Origin: Bacteroidia bacterium
Lineage (GTDB): Bacteria; Bacteroidota; Bacteroidia; NS11-12g; UBA9320
NCBI GenBank assembly: GCA_965216465.1
Contig: CBDCFW010000006.1
Span: forward strand, 928,001-992,000
DNA: 64,000 bases
Reading direction: 5' to 3'
Below the pieces are notes generated by a model. The model had not been told where the DNA came from. It worked only from the letters and a program-made list of their open reading frames with translations, and did no database searches. This document shows positions 60,126 through 64,000 of this stretch, piece after piece. The position numbers and the translations under genes were made by a program. Numbering within the stretch: position 1 is the stretch's first letter; the number at the start of each line of letters is the position of its first letter.

Positions 60126-60788
60126 ATGAATAAGAAAACTGCAGTACTCGTTGATGGAGCATTCTTTCTAAAGCGTTATAAAACGATTAAAAGAATAAAA
60201 ATTCTAGACCCAACCCGGACCGCAATGGATATGTGGCAAATGTGCCTCAGTCATCTCAGTCAAGCCCAACGAAAAATGGATTTGTATAGGATTTTTTACT
60301 ATGACTGTTTGCCATATGAGAAAAAGCAACACAATCCAGTTTCAGGAAAGTCCATTGATTTCAAAAAGACAAAACAGCATGCATTTAGAATTGCCTTCTT
60401 TGAAGAACTAAAGAAAAAAAGGAAAATTGCATTGAGACTAGGGACTATTGATGAAGGTCACAAGTGGGTAATTAGTCCTTCTAAAACAAAAGAGCTTCTT
60501 AAAGGGATCATAGATGTACAAGATTTAACAGATGACGACGTCTCTTTTGACCTCAAACAGAAAAGAGTTGACATGAAAATTGGTCTCGATATTGCCACAA
60601 TCACATTGAAGAAGCAAGTAGATCAAATAGTCCTGGTTTCTGGTGACAGTGATTTTGTTCCTGCGGCTAAACTTGCTCGGAGAGAGGGTGTAGATTTTAT
60701 TTTAGATCCTATGTACAACTGGGTTAAACCTCACCTCTTTGAGCATATCGATGGGATGTCTACTCGAATTAAGTCAACACAGGCATAA
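60126..60788 (+). CDS. NYN (LabA/DUF88, PIN-like) ribonuclease domain protein
   Basis: VLVDGAF, RIFYYD, KQKRVD..D, SGDSDF. Confidence 0.88.
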   Translation: MNKKTAVLVDGAFFLKRYKTIKRIKILDPTRTAMDMWQMCLSHLSQAQRKMDLYRIFYYDCLPYEKKQHNPVSGKSIDFKKTKQHAFRIAFFEELKKKRKIALRLGTIDEGHKWVISPSKTKELLKGIIDVQDLTDDDVSFDLKQKRVDMKIGLDIATITLKKQVDQIVLVSGDSDFVPAAKLARREGVDFILDPMYNWVKPHLFEHIDGMSTRIKSTQA

Positions 60789-60838
60789 GTTCCTCTTATG
60801 CCAATATTTTGAGGTGTAGGACGTTATCTTTGTGCAAC

Positions 60839-61918
60839 ATGAAAGCGACCTTTCTTACTCTGTTTTGTGGTTTTTTAAGCTACAGCTGTGTGGCCCAAAC
60901 AAACATCAACTTTAAAACAAATTTGGCATTTTTTGAAGATCGAATTTCAGATTTTAACGAGCTACTCTGGAATGCCGCTCTTGAAGGCAAAATTGATGCG
61001 TATGCCAACGACTCTTTTACTAGCAAGGCTTCAAATATGCAAATCTTAGATATGGCAGCGGATATTCATTCTATCGAGATTGAAAATGGATTAGAGAGAA
61101 TGCACACTGACAATGATTCGAACATTGGTCTTTTAGTCGAGAAAATAGAAATATCCAGTCTGGAAAAATTATATGACGAAATTGAGCTAGGTTTATGTTA
61201 TGAGATTGAGTTGAAGAACGGGTTTATAGGCTACACACTACAAGGTATTGCACTTCAGACAGACGTGGTTTTAGGAGAGGGAATTGAAGTAAGTTCATAC
61301 CCACTATTTTGGGTTAAGTTTGAAGATCTTAGCGTAGTTCTGAATGCAGACGAGATGAAGTTCTATTCAGCACTTTTTGCGGTTCGAGCATCTATCGGAG
61401 ACTTTATGGGGGCTTACAGTTCGAAAGAAGACACAATAAGTGATATTGCTGAAAATCTAGAATATACTCTCTTGGAAAAGGACAAACTGCATCAAAGTTT
61501 TGAGGTAAGGCATGATTCCATTATAGCAATGTACTACGCCAAGGTAATTCCCCATGCTTGTGCATTGCATTATGAAAACACTGGAGATTTTTTTAAGGAC
61601 GCAAGCCTTCTCAACGTGCATAAAAACTTGGATCTTGTCTTAACGTATGAGGAGGTGTATCCTGTGAGTAACCCAGACTTTCCTGAGGACCCTTATGATA
61701 TAGTAATGATGACCGTACGTCAAAAAATCGATATTCGAACTATTGATTCAGTCCAGTATTTTAAGCAAGATAAAAGACATATATTCAGTCTAACTATTCC
61801 GAATTTTTCTTCAGACGCAGCGGATATGATGTTTGTGAACTATGAAGATATAAAGCAATATATATCTTCAATGGATCAAGTATTGATCCGAAATCTAATC
61901 AGTGATCAATCTAATTAA
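60839..61918 (+). CDS. Hypothetical secreted protein (weakly GldN-like)
   Basis: Signal peptide; ALEGKIDAY, PLFWV. Confidence 0.45.
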   Translation: MKATFLTLFCGFLSYSCVAQTNINFKTNLAFFEDRISDFNELLWNAALEGKIDAYANDSFTSKASNMQILDMAADIHSIEIENGLERMHTDNDSNIGLLVEKIEISSLEKLYDEIELGLCYEIELKNGFIGYTLQGIALQTDVVLGEGIEVSSYPLFWVKFEDLSVVLNADEMKFYSALFAVRASIGDFMGAYSSKEDTISDIAENLEYTLLEKDKLHQSFEVRHDSIIAMYYAKVIPHACALHYENTGDFFKDASLLNVHKNLDLVLTYEEVYPVSNPDFPEDPYDIVMMTVRQKIDIRTIDSVQYFKQDKRHIFSLTIPNFSSDAADMMFVNYEDIKQYISSMDQVLIRNLISDQSN

Positions 61919-62582
61919 TCGACAACAATTCAATCTCAAAGATCAAAGTTGAATAAGGAGGGATTTTTGGTCCCATAGCACGACTGCCATAGGCCAAATC
62001 TTGTGGGATGTATAATATCCATTTTGATCCTACCGGCATCATTTGTAGCGCTTCGGTCCAACCCTTGATAACGCCAGTAACATTAAAGTTTAAGGGCTTC
62101 CCTTTTTCGTAGCTGCTATCAAATACCTTTCCATTCAGCAATGTACCGTGATAGTGGGTTGTTACATTCGATGTAAGTGTAGGAATAGGGCCATCTCCTT
62201 GGCGAATTACCTTGTATTGCAGCCCACTTGGAGTAACATGAACATCTTTATTTTTGGCATTCTCTGCTAAAAAATCAATTCCAACCTGAATTGCATCCTT
62301 TGCCGCTTCTTCTTGCTTTTTCTTAACAAAATTTTGAACAATCATGTTAGCGTTAGCCGCATCCATCATGGCGTGGTTCTCTATCATAACATCTTGTACT
62401 GCTTGCACAAACGCTTCAAAATTTAGACTGTCAATACCGCCAGATTTCATGCTGCTTGCTATGTTCATTCCGATGGCATATGAGACGCTGTCGACGTCAT
62501 TTTCTAGGTCAATATGAGTGTGCTGAGCTTGGAGTCCAAAGGCCGTTAATAATCCTATTAAAAGGAAAGTAAATTTTTTCAT
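61911..62582 (-). CDS. FKBP-type peptidyl-prolyl isomerase
   Basis: SYAIG, SGLQY, VFDSS, VIKGWTEAL, LIFEIEL. Confidence 0.93.
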   Translation of the reverse strand: MKKFTFLLIGLLTAFGLQAQHTHIDLENDVDSVSYAIGMNIASSMKSGGIDSLNFEAFVQAVQDVMIENHAMMDAANANMIVQNFVKKKQEEAAKDAIQVGIDFLAENAKNKDVHVTPSGLQYKVIRQGDGPIPTLTSNVTTHYHGTLLNGKVFDSSYEKGKPLNFNVTGVIKGWTEALQMMPVGSKWILYIPQDLAYGSRAMGPKIPPYSTLIFEIELLSIN

Positions 62583-62634
62583 CGCCCAAATATAACGTTG
62601 TTCGGTTAGGACTAGTATTTAGTTTCGATGAATA

Positions 62635-63705
62635 CTAATTTTCTACTCCTGAACTGATTGGTGTAGAATTTTCTAGAGTGAGAAACATTCTAGAATTGAA
62701 CTTTTGAATCACCCGTTGAATATTAGCCATAGAACCAAAGCAATGATCGAGCACCAAAGGAGTGTCGATGAAAGTATAAAAAGGATAGGGTGTTTCGGTA
62801 ATGTCTCCTTTGCTATCCAATAAATAAATTCCAGTGGTTTCTGGATCTCCTTCGCTGGCATAATACCGGCCAATTACGGCAAAATGAATAGCATCTCCTC
62901 GTTTTTGTACCTCTGCTATTTCAGCATCTTCAAGCACTTTGAAATTTGAAAATTTATAGTTCTCGCTTAACATTGAATCCAACTGATCATTAGATAATTT
63001 GCCTTCACACGTTCGATTGATAAAATACAAGGTATCATGCTGTAACGCAGACAAAGTAGGGTAGCATACATCGTATTTGTTGCTATAATCCCATCGCTTT
63101 CCCAGGTTAATATTTAAACCAAGCGAAAGGTTGTGAGGCTGGGCGTCGAGAACTCCACCAATTTCATCCTGATTTAGAAAGTAAGTGTATCCAATTTCTA
63201 AAGCAGACTTATCGTTCAGATTAAATCGGAAGGCAGTATAAACTCCGCTGGAAAAACGGTTATCCAATGTTTTAGTAATGTCTTCAAAATTGGGTCCTGC
63301 TGGATTTTTTAAGCCCAAAAAATTCGATGTTGCGTATAAGGTAAAACTAGGTTTGTAGCCAATAATAATGTTGCTGTAACCGAGTTTTTCTGATGTTAAA
63401 CCCAGTCCGAGAAGTAGGTTCACATTATCAGTATTGTATCGAAATGGATCCGACTCGTATCCGTATCGAGCGTAACCTAAACTGCTAAATATTTTGTATG
63501 GAGAATGGTGAAGATCAATGGTCGAAAACAAATCTAATTCGTAGCCAATAGCACCAAACTTATCTCCACTTGAAATTGTAGGAACGTTTAGCTTAGGTGT
63601 TAGACCGTAGCTAAATCGATCTTTCAAATCTCTGTGTTCATTATCTTGCCCCAAAGCACTGGTCAGCGTGAAACAAACCACAGCTATTAGCGGTAAAACT
63701 CTCAT
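62635..63705 (-). CDS. Hypothetical outer-membrane beta-barrel protein
   Basis: Signal peptide; beta-strand periodicity. Confidence 0.5.
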   Translation of the reverse strand: MRVLPLIAVVCFTLTSALGQDNEHRDLKDRFSYGLTPKLNVPTISSGDKFGAIGYELDLFSTIDLHHSPYKIFSSLGYARYGYESDPFRYNTDNVNLLLGLGLTSEKLGYSNIIIGYKPSFTLYATSNFLGLKNPAGPNFEDITKTLDNRFSSGVYTAFRFNLNDKSALEIGYTYFLNQDEIGGVLDAQPHNLSLGLNINLGKRWDYSNKYDVCYPTLSALQHDTLYFINRTCEGKLSNDQLDSMLSENYKFSNFKVLEDAEIAEVQKRGDAIHFAVIGRYYASEGDPETTGIYLLDSKGDITETPYPFYTFIDTPLVLDHCFGSMANIQRVIQKFNSRMFLTLENSTPISSGVEN

Positions 63706-63878
63706 CTTGCAAAGCTATTATATTGTGCAATTTATTACGCTTTGAAATTTGCTAATGTCAATATGGGTTAATAAATGACTTCCGTACTTGCAGTTCGGTA
63801 CAGAAATTCTAATTTTGTCGTGGATTTCTAATATAGAATTAGAGGGGAGGTGTTTTTAACAACTAATTGAAAATAATC

Positions 63879-64000
63879 ATGAGAAAGTATAACATAATTG
63901 GTGTTATGTCTGGAACTTCTATGGATGGTTTAGACATTGCTCACGTAACTCTTGAAGAGCTCGAGTTAGGCAAGTGGGATTACACCATAAACAAGGCTAC
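63879..64000 (+). CDS. anmK: Anhydro-N-acetylmuramic acid kinase (3' partial)
   Basis: MRKYNIIGVMSGTSMDGLDIA. Confidence 0.85.
   Translation, partial: MRKYNIIGVMSGTSMDGLDIAHVTLEELELGKWDYTINKA

Overview
Bacteroidota-type chromosomal window (T9SS C-terminal domains, TAnnTTTG promoter motifs). The backbone is mostly ordinary: a paaABCD cluster with a TetR/PaaR regulator, xth, menB, acs, carotenoid genes, ptrB, a fused E1 dehydrogenase, two-component systems, glmS, metK and a beta-oxidation operon. The standout is a ~14.07 kb element (33068-47140) integrated by a large serine recombinase into the last codons of glmS. It is almost free of the GpC dinucleotide: I count about 18 by eye, 17 of them in CGC/GCG context. 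Its ~3,700 encoded residues contain only 2 alanines, and canonical Ala positions in conserved motifs are replaced by S/G/T/V/C. It encodes a type I R-M system, a family-A/T7-like polymerase-fold protein, a putative R-S-E ADP-ribosyltransferase and a small resolvase. It also carries an internal 1.7 kb inverted copy spanning an intact attP. Because attP lies inside the integrase gene, integration or inversion would switch the integrase C-terminus. Separately, a NYN nuclease gene is preceded by a structured, terminated leader RNA resembling a type III/AbiF-like antitoxin. All counts and alignments were done by eye.
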